NCBI RefSeq assembly: GCF_006345805.1
Contig: NW_021834525.1
Coordinates: 1 to 47,689 of the forward strand
Source: Octopus sinensis
Taxonomy: Eukaryota
DNA length: 47,689 bases
Reading direction: 5' to 3'
Within the stretch, counting starts at the first letter, position 1, and each line of letters starts with the position of its first letter. This document shows positions 11,098 through 23,384 of this stretch, piece by piece. The position numbers were made by a program, and so were the translations under genes. The notes under the pieces were generated by a model. It worked only from the letters and a program-made list of their open reading frames with translations. It was not told the origin of the DNA and did not search any database.

Positions 11098-11375
11098 ATG
11101 CTTATATATACACACATGCTTATATATACACACATGCTTATATATACACACATGCTTATATATACACACATGCTTATATATACACACATGCTTATATATA
11201 CACACATGCTTATATATACACACATGCTTATATATACACACATGCTTATATATACACACATGCTTATATATACACACATGCTTATATATACACACATGCT
11301 TATATATACACACATGCTTATATATACACACATGCTTATATATACACACATGCTTATATATACACACATGCTTAA
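11098..11375. repeat. Perfect 18 bp minisatellite (ATGCTTATATATACACAC), ~15 copies
   Basis: Direct inspection. Confidence 0.95.
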
Positions 11376-11679
11376 TATACAGGTGTATCTGTGTCTGTAT
11401 ATGTGTGTATTTATGCATTATTGCATATATGTTTGTACACATGTATCATGCATGATAGTATATGAATGTGTAAGTAATGCACGTGTGTATGTGTGTGTGC
11501 ATGAGTGCTGTGTGTGTGTGTGTGTGTATTAAACATGCATCTGGACATTCTGAATTTACCAAGTAAACTTACAAGGTATTGGTCAACCCTGAGCTGTAAC
11601 AGCAGACACCTGTCCAAAGTGCTGTGTGGTGGGATTGAACATGAAACCACACCAGCATCCCTTCATAAAACGTTTTTCT

Positions 11680-12420
11680 TTATGTGCACGACCACCCTTG
11701 GACGGTTTTGAATGACCATAGAAAGTTCGAGCCCTCTAACTGAAAAATTGTGGATTTGTATAAAGGACACACACAGACATTTTGCCATTTATATATAGAA
11801 AGATTTGCAGGGTGACTGGAGAAATGTAAAGATGTGCATGACCACCCTTGGACGGTTTTGAATGACCATAGAAAGTGCGAGCTCTCTAACTGAAAAATTG
11901 TGGATTTGTATAAAGGACACACACAGACATTTTGCCATTTATATATAGAAAGATTTGCAGGGTGACTGGAGAAATGTAAAGATGTGCATGACCACCCTTG
12001 GACGGTTTTGAATGACCATAGAAAGTGTGAGCCCTCTAACTGAAAAATTGTGGATTTGTATAAAGGACACACACACAGACAGACATTTTGCTGTTTATAT
12101 ATAGAGAGATTTCGGGGTGACTGGGGAGATGTAAAGATGTGCATGACCACCCTTGGCCGGTTTTGAATGACCATAGAAAGTGCGAGCCCTCTAACTGAAA
12201 AATTGTGGATTTGTATAAAGGACACACACACAGACAGACATTTTGCTGTTTATATATAGAGAGATTTGCGGGGTGACTGGGGAAATGTAAAGATGTGCAT
12301 GACCACCCTTGGCCGGTTTTGAATGACCATAGAAAGTGTGAGCTCTCTAACTGAAAAATTGTGGATTTGTATAAAGGACACACACACAGACAGACATTTT
12401 GCTGTTTATATATAGAGAGA
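11680..12420 (-). mobile_element. Tandem array (~5 x 150-156 bp) of a Helitron-like 5' terminus
   Basis: Minus strand starts A|TCTCTCTATATATAAACAGCAAAATGTCTGTCTGTGTG, a TC-start and TATATA...GTCTGT pattern typical of Helitron 5' ends; GACGG/GCCGGTTTTG recurs at 11701, 11851, 12001, 12156 and 12312. Confidence 0.65.
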
Positions 12421-12715
12421 TAAATGGCACCCGTGAATTTTAGTTCTGGTCATCGATGGTGCCATATAATAGGCACCCGTGAATGGTCATTTCCAGTGTC
12501 AGGTAAATGGCACCTGTGATGGTGACACGTAAAAGCTCCTGGAGTGGTTGGCATTAGGAAGGGCACGTTGCCGTAGAAACCATGCCAAATCACATTGGAA
12601 CCTGATGCAGCTCTCCAGCTTATCAGCTCCAATCAAACCGTTTAACCCATGCCAGCATGGCAAGTGGACATCAAATGATGGGGCTGGTGATGATGATGAT
12701 GTTATGCATGCACAT
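12421..12715 (+). mobile_element. SINE-D (GGTTGGCATTAGGAAGGGCA core, (TGA)n tail)
   Basis: Homologous to 43331-43745 and 44124-44665. Confidence 0.7.
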
Positions 12716-12900
12716 AAGGTGCAATGTGGTTTAAGTGGGTTGGATGGTTTGATAGGAGCTGGTCAGGCAGAAGACTACACCAGGCTTTAGTGACTAATTT
12801 GGTATGGTATTTTTACAGCTGGATGCCCTACCTGCAAAGTGGACTGGGTACTTTTTATGTGACACCAGCACAGGCAAGGTCAGTTTTGGCATAGTTTTTA
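12716..12900 (-). mobile_element. SINE-D fragment (a further fragment at ~13097-13168)
   Basis: CTGGATGCCCT(T)CCT core on the plus strand. Confidence 0.55.
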
Positions 12901-12904
12901 AACC

Positions 12905-13096
12905 TCATCATCATCATTGTTCGACCGTGGTCGAGACAATGGAATTTACTATGTTACACCAGACTTCACGGTCCATCATAGCATTATGGAGGTCCTGTTG
13001 CTGGATGCCTGTATCCCTGGAGATTACATCAGGGTAGGAGAGTGTGCGCCCTCTGGTATCGTGAGCAGATGGCTTCCAGAGGAGAAGAGTAGAAAT
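12905..13096 (-). mobile_element. RTE-clade LINE 3' end (ORF C-terminus + (TGA)n tail)
   Basis: Translation LLLWKPSAHDTRGRTLSYPDVISRDTGIQQQDLHNAMMDREVWCNIV matches the RTE C-terminal pattern (GR..Y.D...D.G.....L...M.DR..W); stop followed by TGATGATGA. Confidence 0.8.
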
Positions 13097-13168
13097 TACC
13101 TCGTTTTCAACCTGGATGCCCTTCCTAATATCAACCACCCTGCAGAGTAGACTGTATGCTTTTTATGT

Positions 13169-13368
13169 GCGGCGAGCTGGCAGAAGCGTTAGCACGCCAG
13201 GCGAAATGCTTTGCGGTATTTCATCTGCCAATACGTTGTGAGTTCAAATTCCGCTGAGGTCGACTTTGCCTTTCATCCTTTCGGGGTCGATAAATTAAGC
13301 ACCAGTTACGCACTGGGGTCAATGTAATCGACTTAATACCTATGTCTGTCCCCTCTATGTTTAGCCCC
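13169..13368 (+). mobile_element. SINE-B
   Basis: Homology to 4879-5114. Confidence 0.85.
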
Positions 13369-13474
13369 TTTTTTATGTGGCACCAGCACTAGCAAGGTTT
13401 CCCAGTAATTTGCAAGAGATAAAAGGGCACATTGAAGGACGTGTCTAGAAGTATTCTGTATCAGAGCTCTAGAG

Positions 13475-13700
13475 CAGTGATTCCCAACATAGGGCAAATA
13501 CCCAACTCCCCAGTGGGGTCTGGGAAAATTGTGGTGGGGCATGTGATCCAATTATTTTTAAGTAGGACATGGAATTGTGAATATCATATTTCCACAGCAA
13601 ACATCTTACACCTATCCTTTTTTTAACAACCACTGGTAGGGGCATACGTTTCCTGTAAAGTTACAGTGAGTCCTGGGATCAAATAAGTTGGGAATCACTG
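13475..13700. mobile_element. hAT (Charlie/Buster-like) MITE
   Basis: Perfect TIRs CAGTGATTCCCAAC / GTTGGGAATCACTG and perfect 8 bp TSD CTCTAGAG (13467-13474, 13701-13708). Confidence 0.92.
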
Positions 13701-13714
13701 CTCTAGAGACTTAA

Positions 13715-13935
13715 CCCTTTCGTTACTGTATTTATTTTGAGATGCTCTGTGTTTCTTTCAATTACTTTAAATATAGCAAAGAATTTTGTAAAATAACTTA
13801 GTTATCACTCAGCGAATGTTAGGAACATAAATTGTGACTAGGGTTTGGTGGAAGATTTGAATTCAAAACTTATGAAAACAAGACATTTGTACTCAGAGCC
13901 AGAGCTGGTTTCAGCCGGGTTGGTACCAAAAAGGG
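13715..13935. mobile_element. piggyBac-type MITE
   Basis: TTAA|CCCTTT...AAAGGG|TTAA. Confidence 0.8.
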
Positions 13936-13989
13936 TTAAGGGTTATTCTACACATGAAGAATCTCCCAGTGACCTACATAGCAACAAAA

Positions 13990-14370
13990 TTATTGGATCT
14001 TGTTAAATTCCCTCCAACTGCTTGATTGATGTATATTTAAATTTTCCCCAGATTATTTTCAAAAAGAATGTACTTCTACTGTACTTTTGCATGCTGATGA
14101 AGAAAATCACATTTATTTTTGGCTAGAAATTAATTAACGCGCAACAAGTCAAGTCACAAGCATTTAAAATTACGTAATTTCAGTCTAACGGAACCATCCA
14201 TTTGCTTGAAATTAGCTAAAATTACATAATTATAATTGCTTTTTAACTTCTTTAAAATTCATTTCTAGCTCAAAAGAAAAGAAAAAAAACCCAATGTGAT
14301 TTTTCGTTAGTCAAAAGTACATTTTTTAAAATTTGAGAAGTGATTGAAAGGAATTTAACAAGATCAAAAA
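13990..14370. mobile_element. Degenerate inverted-repeat element
   Basis: GATCTTGTTAAATTCC / GGAATTTAACAAGATC plus inner IRs (AAAATCACATT / AATGTGATTTT). Confidence 0.45.
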
Positions 14371-14459
14371 TCTCATATTCTTTATAGCCTGAGGACCCTA
14401 GGTTTTGATATCCAGGGGCTTCAGCCAGCCAAGCCGAATATTGATATGTATTTTTTAAA

Positions 14460-14694
14460 TTCTTTTACTTGTTTCAGTCTTCTGACTATGGCCATGCTGG
14501 AGCACCACCTTAAGGGGTGTTAGTCAAAGAAATCGACCCCGAACTTATTCTTTGTAAACCTAGTACTTATTCTATCAGTCTCTTTTGCCAAACCGCTAAG
14601 TTACGGGGACGTAAACACACCAGCATCGGTTGTCAAGCGATGTTGGGTGGGACAAACACACACACCACACACACATATATATATATATATATAT

Positions 14695-14738
<44 letters not shown>

Positions 14739-14918
14739 TATACACATACATATATATGACAGGCTTCTTTCAGTTTCTGTCCACCAAATCCACTCACAAG
14801 GCTTTGGTCGGCCCGAGGCTATAGCAGAAGACATTTGCCCAAGGTGCCACGCAGTGGGACTGAACCCGGAACCATATGGTTGGTAAGCAAGCTACTTACC
14901 ACACAGCCACTCCTACAC
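14460..14918 (-). mobile_element. SINE-A
   Basis: Full head, internal (TA)n and tail. Confidence 0.9.
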
Positions 14919-15065
14919 CAGTGTATCAAAATTTGAAACCATTATTATAATAATTATTTTTAAGGCGGTCAGCTCGCTGGTCAAAATGCCTTGTGGTATT
15001 TCATCTATAACCTATAACGGACCTGTCCTCCCAGACCGTGCGTCTACAGAAGAAACAATACATAT

Positions 15066-15255
15066 ATACTCCTTTACTAGTTTCAGTCATTTGACTGCGG
15101 CCATGCTGGAGCACCGCCTTTAATCGAGCAACTCGACCCCGGGACTTATTCTTTGTAAGCCCAGTACTTATTCTATCGGTCTGTTTTGCCGAACCGCTAA
15201 GTAACGGGGACGTAAACACACCAGCATCGGTCGTCAAGCAATGCTAGGGGGACAA

Positions 15256-15288
<33 letters not shown>

Positions 15289-15437
15289 ATATATATGACA
15301 GGCTTCTTTCAGTTTCTGTCTACCAAATCCACTCACAAGGCATTGGTCAGCCCAGGGCTATAGCAGAAGACACTTGCCCAAGATGCCACGCAGTGGGACT
15401 GAACCCTGAACCATGTGGTTGGTAAGCAAGCTACTTA
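15066..15437 (-). mobile_element. SINE-A (head slightly truncated)
   Basis: Homology. Confidence 0.9.
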
Positions 15438-15699
15438 TTTGATGACATAAAACTTTGTCTATATTTAACCTGAAGGCAATCTTTTTCCTATGGATGGCAA
15501 CGCATACTTTAACAACATCATACTGCGATGCGAGGTAGCTAGTACCCTGACGACATTTTTGGGTAGCAGCTGAGCGCTTGGGTAATGTCTTCCCCAGAAA
15601 TGTAATGTAATCATAGACATTTTTGGTTGCAGGGATTTTTAAGGGCCTCGTTGTCTCCTTCACTTGTTATGTAAGAGTATGTATATCTATGTACATATG

Positions 15700-15754
15700 T
15701 ATAAACACACAATACATATATATATATCTATCTACCAATCTGTGTGTCTGAGTG

Positions 15755-15787
<33 letters not shown>

Positions 15788-16317
15788 ATACTCACATATG
15801 TATATACATACACACACAAAAGGAGAGACTATGTATACACACTTAAAAGAGGAGCTGGGGCCCCTCTTTGATGAGAAATTGACATGCACATACATATATA
15901 TTTATATACATATATATACACACATACATTATATGTATGTATGTGTATATATATATATTATGTATGTATTATATATGTATGTATGTATATATGTATGTAT
16001 GTATATTATGTTGTTATATATAATATGTATGTATATATATATATATGTATGTATATATATATATAGTGTATGTATATATATATATGTATGTATATATATA
16101 TATATGTATATATTATTATATGTATGTATATATTATATATATGTATGTATATATATATATGTATGTATATATATATATGTATGTATATATATATATATGT
16201 ATGTATATATATATATATGTATGTATATATATATATATGTATGTAATATATATATATGTATGTATATATATATATATGTATGTATATATATATATATGTA
16301 TGTATATATATTATATG

Positions 16318-16361
<44 letters not shown>

Positions 16362-16397
16362 TATATATATATATGTATAATATATATATATATATAT

Positions 16398-16434
<37 letters not shown>

Positions 16435-16445
16435 GTATATATATG

Positions 16446-16498
<53 letters not shown>

Positions 16499-16563
16499 AC
16501 ATAATATATATATATATATATATATATAGTATGTAATATATGTATGTATATATATATATGTTG

Positions 16564-16616
<53 letters not shown>

Positions 16617-16640
16617 CATACATATATATATGTATGTATA

Positions 16641-16699
<59 letters not shown>

Positions 16700-17172
16700 T
16701 ATATATATACTATATACATATATATATACATATATATATATGATGATGATATATACATATATATGATGATGATGATATATACATATATATACATATATAT
16801 ATACATATATATATACATACATATATACATATATATATATATTTATATATATGTGTGTATATACATATATATATATATTTATATATCCTTCTTACTACTG
16901 TATACTAATGTATTTTTTTGTTTATATTGTATCCTGGGTGTAATTTCTTCTTCACAGACACACATATTATCCCAGTTTATGTAAATCCCAATAATTTTAT
17001 GTCTTTATATTGCCTCCCCTCCTCATCATCCTTGCCCCCCCCCCCCACCCCGTGGCACATAAAAGAATCCTTATTTATTATTATTATTATATTTTCATTA
17101 TTATTAATTATTTATATTATTATTTTCATTATTATTATTATTTATTATTATTATTATTTATTATTATTATTT

Positions 17173-17213
<41 letters not shown>

Positions 17214-17360
17214 TATTATTACTATTATATTATTATTATTAATATTATTACTATTACTATATTATTATTATTACTATTACTAATATTACTACTATTACTA
17301 CTATTATTATTATTATTGATATTATTATTATTATTATATTATTATTATTATTATTATATT
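15700..17360. repeat. Large (TA/TATG)n block followed by (TAT)n
   Basis: Direct inspection. Confidence 0.95.
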
Positions 17361-17574
17361 ATTGCTGTTATTTATTATTTATTTTTTACATGTCAACACA
17401 TTATCATCTAAGTGCTATAAGATAACTCCCAGCGATGACTGTACCCTCTTCCCTTTCTTAACATCCACCCTTCCCCTGTTCAGGGGCAGTATTTTGGGAG
17501 AAGCTGTTGCTTTGATAAGGACGAGGGGGGGGGGATATGATAGGTCACTGTGACACACACACACACACATAAAT

Positions 17575-18053
17575 TCTCTTTTCTTGTTTTTACTTGTTTC
17601 AGTCATTTCATTGCGACCATGCTGGAGCATTGCGTTAAAGGGGTTTTTTTAGTCTAAGAAATCTACTCCAGGATTTATTCTTTGTAAGCCTTAGTACTCC
17701 TTCGATTGGTCTCTTTTGCCGAATCACAAGGTTACAGGGACATAAACACACCAGCACCGGTTATGAAGTGGTGATTGTGGGAGAGGGGAACAAACACAGA
17801 CACAAAGGGACACACACACACACACACACATATGTATATGATGGGCTTCTTTCAGTTTCCATCTACCAAATCCACTCAAGGCTTTGGTTACACTGAGGTT
17901 CTGGTAGAAGACACTTGCCCAAGGTGTCACTTATTCTTTCTAAGCCTAGTACTTACTCTATCGGTCTCTTTTGCCGAACTGCTAAGTTACGGGGACGTAA
18001 ACACACCAGCATCGGTTGTCAAGCGAAGTTGGGGGGACAAACACAGACACACA

Positions 18054-18060
<7 letters not shown>
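17575..18060 (-). mobile_element. SINE-A with partial internal duplication
   Basis: Homology; the segment from TTATTCTTT restarts at ~17930. Confidence 0.8.
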
Positions 18061-18121
<61 letters not shown>

Positions 18122-18123
<2 letters not shown>

Positions 18124-18800
18124 TGTACTTGCATAGCAAGTGACTTGATCTGAGATCGTGTGCTGGAACGAAAACAATTGCAGCATGTTTGTAAGCCATT
18201 TAAGAAACACACAAAAGCCGTTCGATTCACTTCAACATTTAAGTTTAATTTGTCAAAATATTTTCGTCGCTTTAAGACCGCGACCTGTTCACTGACAAAA
18301 ATCCATGCTGAATAAGGTTTATATATATATATATGTATATATATACAATTGCAGCGTGGAAGGTGTTTGTAAGCCATTTAAGAAACACACAAAAGCCGTT
18401 CGATTCACTTCAACATTTAACTTTAATTTGTCAAAATGTTTTCGTCACTTTAAGACCGCAACCTATTCACCTCTATGCAACACAGATTTTTGTCAGTGAA
18501 CAGGTTGCGGTCTTAAAGCGATGAAAATATTTTGACAAATTAAAGTTAAATGTTGAAGTGAATCGAACGGCTTTTGTGTGTTTCTTAAATGGCTTACAAA
18601 CACCTTCCACGCTGCAATTGTATATATATACATATATATATATATAAACCTTATTCAGCATGGATTTTTGTCAATGAAAAGGTCGCGGTTTTAAAGCAAC
18701 GAAAATATTTTGACAAATTAAACTTAAATGTTGAAGTGAATCGAATGACTTTTGTGTGTTTCTTAAATGGCTTACAAACACCTTCCACGCTGCAATTGTT
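18122..18800. mobile_element. Four copies of a ~171 bp (TA)n-embedded element: two direct, then two inverted; Penelope-like/retrozyme-like
   Basis: ACAATTGCAGC starts at 18174 and 18345; reverse-complement copies at ~18487-18620 and ~18647-18800; hammerhead-like motif in each. Confidence 0.8.
18249..18299 (-). ncRNA. Candidate type I hammerhead ribozyme, G3-C8 variant (second intact copy at 18489-18539, plus strand)
   Basis: UUUGUCA GUGAACA G GUCGC-loop-GCGAC GAA AAUAUU U UGACAAA: 7 bp stem I, 5 bp stem II, palindromic stem III. Confidence 0.5.
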
Positions 18801-18829
18801 TATATATACATATATATATATATACATAT

Positions 18830-18975
18830 ATACGACGGGCTTCTTTCAGTTTCCGTCTACCAAATCCACTCACAAGGCTTTGGTCGGCTTGAGGCTATAG
18901 CGGAAGACACTTGCCCAAGGTGCCACGCAGTGGGAATGAACCCAGAACCATGTGGTTGGTAAGCAAGCTACTTAC
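18830..18975 (-). mobile_element. SINE-A head/core fragment
   Basis: Homology. Confidence 0.85.
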
Positions 18976-19451
18976 ACTGCATCCTTTAAGGCCCTCATGC
19001 TTTCCGAAATCTGCCGAAACTACACCTGATTATATATACACTTTAGATGAGTTGTAGTGCACCTGAGCACTGTACACAATTATTATTATTATTATTACCA
19101 CACAGCCCCCCCTGCGCCTATGAGATCATTTTGATTCAGTACTTCAGTATATTGTTCATGTTTGACCTCCTCAGTAAGCATAGCCTGATTTGTTATAAAA
19201 ATGTTATTAGATTCAGTAAGATGTTTAATTTTTCCAGTTTTCATGTTTATTAATATTTTCAGTTTTGTATGATTTGTTATAAAAATATTATCAGCTTCAA
19301 TAAGATGTTTAAACTTTTTACTTTTCATGTTTATTAATTTTTCATTTTTTTTTTTGTTTTATTTAGGGTTAAATTTAGCAAAGATAACACAATTATTTAG
19401 GGTTAAATTTAGCAAAAGATAACACAATTTTTTAACGGGGGTGAGATAACC

Positions 19452-19856
19452 GGATCTTTTCAGTTTGAACGGCAGTTTTTTTCTAGCGTTGTCATATGAA
19501 ATTGTCACCCACAATTATGACCCTAGTATCGATCTATTGCATGTTTTAGGGTTAGGGGTGGGGGAAAGGTTATCTTTTTTTCTTCAGAAATGTAAATAAA
19601 CCCAATCTGTTTCTTAAACGAGGGACATTTTCATACGGCACAGAATGTTTTTTTACCTCAATAGACGTCAGTGATTGGCTGAAAATGCAGAAATTGAAGA
19701 AAAACAACAACAAATATCTTACAAACTATAGAATTTTCTCAATAAAGCCAAGAGAAAAAGATGTTTTATAAACACATTCTACCAGTATACGAAGCTTAAA
19801 AGTGTTTAGTTACCTAGAAATTATGTTAAAAACTGCCGTTCAAACCGAAAAGATCC
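19452..19856. mobile_element. GGATC-ended TIR element, copy 4
   Basis: Same TIRs and body; terminal AAGATCC duplicated. Confidence 0.85.
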
Positions 19857-20044
19857 AAGATCCAAAGAACTTCATCTCACTTTTCTCTGCCCCCACTTCG
19901 ACACCTGACGATGTGGTACACAGTGCACCTGTTCAGATGACGTCGATTTCGAGGAAAGCGGGATAATAGGCAGCGCGAACATTTGATCACTATAAACAAA
20001 TCATTTGAGCAGGTCATTCGGCAAAAACCTGAACAACTCATATC

Positions 20045-20959
20045 TGTTTCTTTACTACCCACGAGGGGCTAAACACAGAGGGGACAAACAAGGACAGACA
20101 AATGGATTAAGTCGATTACATCGACTCCAGTGCGTAACTGGTACTTAATTTATCGACCCCGAAAGATGAAGGCAAAGTCGACCTCGGCGGAATTTGAACT
20201 CAGAACGCAGTGGCAGACGAAATACCTATTTCTTTACTACCCACAAGGGGCTAAACACAGAGGGGACAAACAAGGACAGACAAATGGATTAAGTCGATTA
20301 CATCGACTCCAGTGCGTAACTGTTCTTAATTATCGACCCCGAAAGGAAAAGGCAAAGTCGACCTCGGCGGAATTTGAACTCAGAACGCAGTGGCAGACTA
20401 AATACCTATTTTTTTTACTACCACAAGGGGCTAAACACAGAGGGGACAAACAAGGACAGACAAATGGATTAAGTCGATTACATCGACTCCAGTGCGTAAC
20501 TGGTACTATTTATTTATCGACCCCGAAAGGATAAGGCAAAGTCGACCCGGCGGAATTTGAACTCAGAACGCAGTGGCAGACGAAATACCTATTTCTTTAC
20601 TACCCACAAGGGGCTAAAAACCAGAGGGGACAAACAAGGACAGACATAGGTATTAAGTCGATTACATCGACCCCAGTGCGTAACTGGTACTACTTAATTT
20701 ATCGACCCCGAAAGGAAAACTCAGAATGTAACGGCAGACGAAATACCTATTTCTTTATTACCCACAAGGGGTTAAACAAGGACAGACAAAGGGATTAAGT
20801 CGATTATGTCGACCCCAGTATGTAACTGGTAGCTTAATTTATTGACCCCGAAAGGATGAAAGGCAAAGTCGACCTCGGCGGAATTTGAACTCCGAACGTA
20901 ACGGCAGACGAAATACCACTAAGCATTTCGCCCGGCGTGCTAACGTTTCTGCCAGCTCG
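20045..20959 (-). mobile_element. SINE-B tandem array (~5 units)
   Basis: ~175-185 bp units beginning TTTCTTTACTACCCAC; head only at the 20959 end. Confidence 0.9.
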
Positions 20960-21434
20960 ACGAGAGAGTCCATCTTACACACAGAAAGAGAGAGAGAGAG
21001 AGAGAGAGAGAAGCAGAGAGTGGTAATCTCAGATCTCAGCAGGTTATTATTTTTTCATCTAAGAGACTTTAAAAAGCGAGTACTGTATTTGTGCGCGCCG
21101 AGTACTGTATGTGTGTAGAACCTAGGTTTTTTTTAAGTAAACACGTACGCATATATACACCTGTACAAACTACAACATATGTTCGAGAGCCAAAGAAAAG
21201 AGCAGGTACGTGGGAACTTGATCAGGCAGAAATAACAGCCGCATCTCCCTCATATCAGCAGAACTGACAGCTTTAACAATAACAATACTTTGATTAATGT
21301 CAATATTTTTACACACATTATACAGACGTATGTATGCATAAGAATGGTCGTACATGCACATATATACACACACACACACATGCATACATACCCATATGCA
21401 TAAACGCATACATACTTAGGTAAGTATGTACATA

Positions 21435-21651
21435 TATACTCTTTTACTTGTTTCAGTCATTTGACTGCGGCCATGCTGGAGCTCCGCCTTTAATCGAGCA
21501 AATCGACCCCAGGACTTTGGAAGCCCAGTACTTATTCTATCGGTCTCTTTTGTCGAACCGCTAAGTGACGGGGACGTAAACACACCAGCATCGCTTGACA
21601 ACCGGTTGTCTAGCGATGCTGGGGGGACAAACACAGGCACACAAACACACC

Positions 21652-21709
<58 letters not shown>

Positions 21710-21850
21710 TATACATATATACGACGGGCTTCTTTCAGTTTTCGTCTACCAAATCCACTCACACTTGCCCAAGGTGCCCTGCAGTGGGATTGAACCCGGA
21801 ATCATGTGGTTGGTGAGCAAACTACTTACCACACATCCACTCCTACGTCT
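21435..21850 (-). mobile_element. SINE-A with internal deletion
   Basis: Homology. Confidence 0.85.
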
Positions 21851-21884
21851 ATGTGTGTATATATATATATATTCACACATACAT

Positions 21885-22148
21885 ACATGCGGCACAAAAA
21901 CACTCTACTCTACCAGTCTAACATTCAGAATTCCTCAAGTAATCAACTGCTTACCCAAAGAGATAAGAAGTATAAAAGGGACCTCTACTGGAACCTTCAA
22001 AAAAAAAAAACATTGGATGAACCCCTAATGACATTACCGGACCAACCAACCATTCAAGGATACACCCAGGGTAGATCAGCGACTACAAACACGACCATTG
22101 ACCAACTTTCAATCAAAGCGACAACAAAACTAAAATAAATAAATAAAT
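21885..22148 (+). mobile_element. CR1/L2-group LINE 3' end, frameshifted
   Basis: SLTFRIPQVINCLPKEIRSIKGTSTGTFKKK / LDEPLMTLPDQPTIQGYTQGRSATTNT resembles the N.LP..IR...FK..LD..L...PDQP...GY C-terminus; (TAAA)n tail. Confidence 0.7.
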
Positions 22149-22398
22149 ATATCAAGCGGTCCTCCAGCATGACCGCAACCCGGAGACTGAAACCGTTAAA
22201 AGAATAAAAGAAAATACATACGAACAAAAGTACCCTGTTGTTGATGTTGAAATTCCAATGAAGAAGCCTTGAGTCTAGGCTATAAACTGGCTCTTTGTCT
22301 ATTGACAAGAAATCTTGAAATAAAACTGAACAATGACATACATACATACATCAGTCCGTATCACATGCCCATAAATATGTACTACTACTAAAAATTAG

Positions 22399-22470
22399 TG
22401 GAGGCGCAATGGCCCAGTGGTTAGGGCAGCGGACTCGCGGTCGTAGGATCGCGGTTTCGATTCCCAGACA
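22399..22470 (+). mobile_element. SINE-C tRNA-like head, fused to an inverted SINE-A fragment (22470-22660, minus)
   Basis: GGAGGCGCAATGGCCCAGTGGTTAGGGCAGCGGACTC...GGTTTCGATTCCC. Confidence 0.75.
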
Positions 22471-22763
22471 TCGGTTGACTAGTGATGGTGAGGGGTCAAA
22501 CATATACACACACACACATATACATACGACGGGCTTATTCAGTTTCTGTCTACCAAATCCACTCACAAGGCATTGGTCAGCCCGAGGCTATAGTAGAAGA
22601 CACTTGCCCAAGGTGTCACACAGTGGGATGAGAACCTGGAACCATGTGGTTCGTAGCAAGCTACTTTATTTTATCAAATTTGCCATAAAGGCAGTACATA
22701 GAGTAATGTAGCTTGTGGGCTGGACACAGACATTAATGAGATGAATGATAATGATACAAGGGT

Positions 22764-23121
22764 GGAGGCGCAATGGCCCAGTGGTTAGGGCAGCGGACTC
22801 GATTCCCAGACCGGGCGTTGTGAGTGTTTATTGAGCGAAAACACCTAAAAGCTCCACGAGGTTCCGGCAGGGGATGGCGGTGATCCCTGCTGTACTCTTT
22901 CACCACAACTTTCTCTCACTCTTACTTCCTGTTTCTGTTGTACCTTGTATTTCAAAGGGCCGGCCTTGTCACTCTCTGTGTCACGCTGAATATCCCCGAG
23001 AACTACGTTAAGGGTACACGTGTCTGTGGAGTGCTCAGCCACTTACACGTTAATTTCACGAGCAGGCTGTTCCGTTGATTCGGATCAACAGGAACCCTCG
23101 TCGTCGTAACCGACGGAGTGC
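22764..23121 (+). mobile_element. SINE-C, near full length
   Basis: Same head with a short deletion, plus body. Confidence 0.8.
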
Positions 23122-23384
23122 TTCCACACTAAAAATTAATGCAGTGGTTTTGTTAATAAAGGCCTAAATGACAATCTGGAGAAGTTAGGGTTTTTAGAAA
23201 AAGAAACGAACTAGCCAACACTCACATTACAAATACACAATCTTTAAGCGGAGAAGTAAAAAGACTTTTTTCAAGTTTAACTTGCGATAGTGTTTTGGTT
23301 ATTTACAATCTGATGATGGATCTTTGTGTCTCTGTTAGAAACCAGGTCTTTCCTTACAAGAAGACTTCAAAAGAATTAAACATA

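Noticed and set aside
15435-15660. ~75-codon open frame on the minus strand in unique-looking DNA
   Set aside because: No good acceptor and no recognisable domain; this length is compatible with chance.
19860-20045. Possible exon adjoining the SINE-B array
   Set aside because: No convincing splice pair on either strand; may be a repeat extension.
22255-22295. TGAAGA-AGCC-loop-GGCT-ATAAAC hammerhead-like motif
   Set aside because: Both core halves are damaged and there is no stem I; at best a decayed remnant.
22399-22470. tRNA genes at SINE heads (also 4305-4372 and the SINE-A heads)
   Set aside because: A and B boxes are present, but no complete cloverleaf could be built and the heads run into SINE bodies.
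23300-23355. Hammerhead-like CTGATGA...GAAAC-CAG-GTC
   Set aside because: No stem I complementarity and poor stem II.
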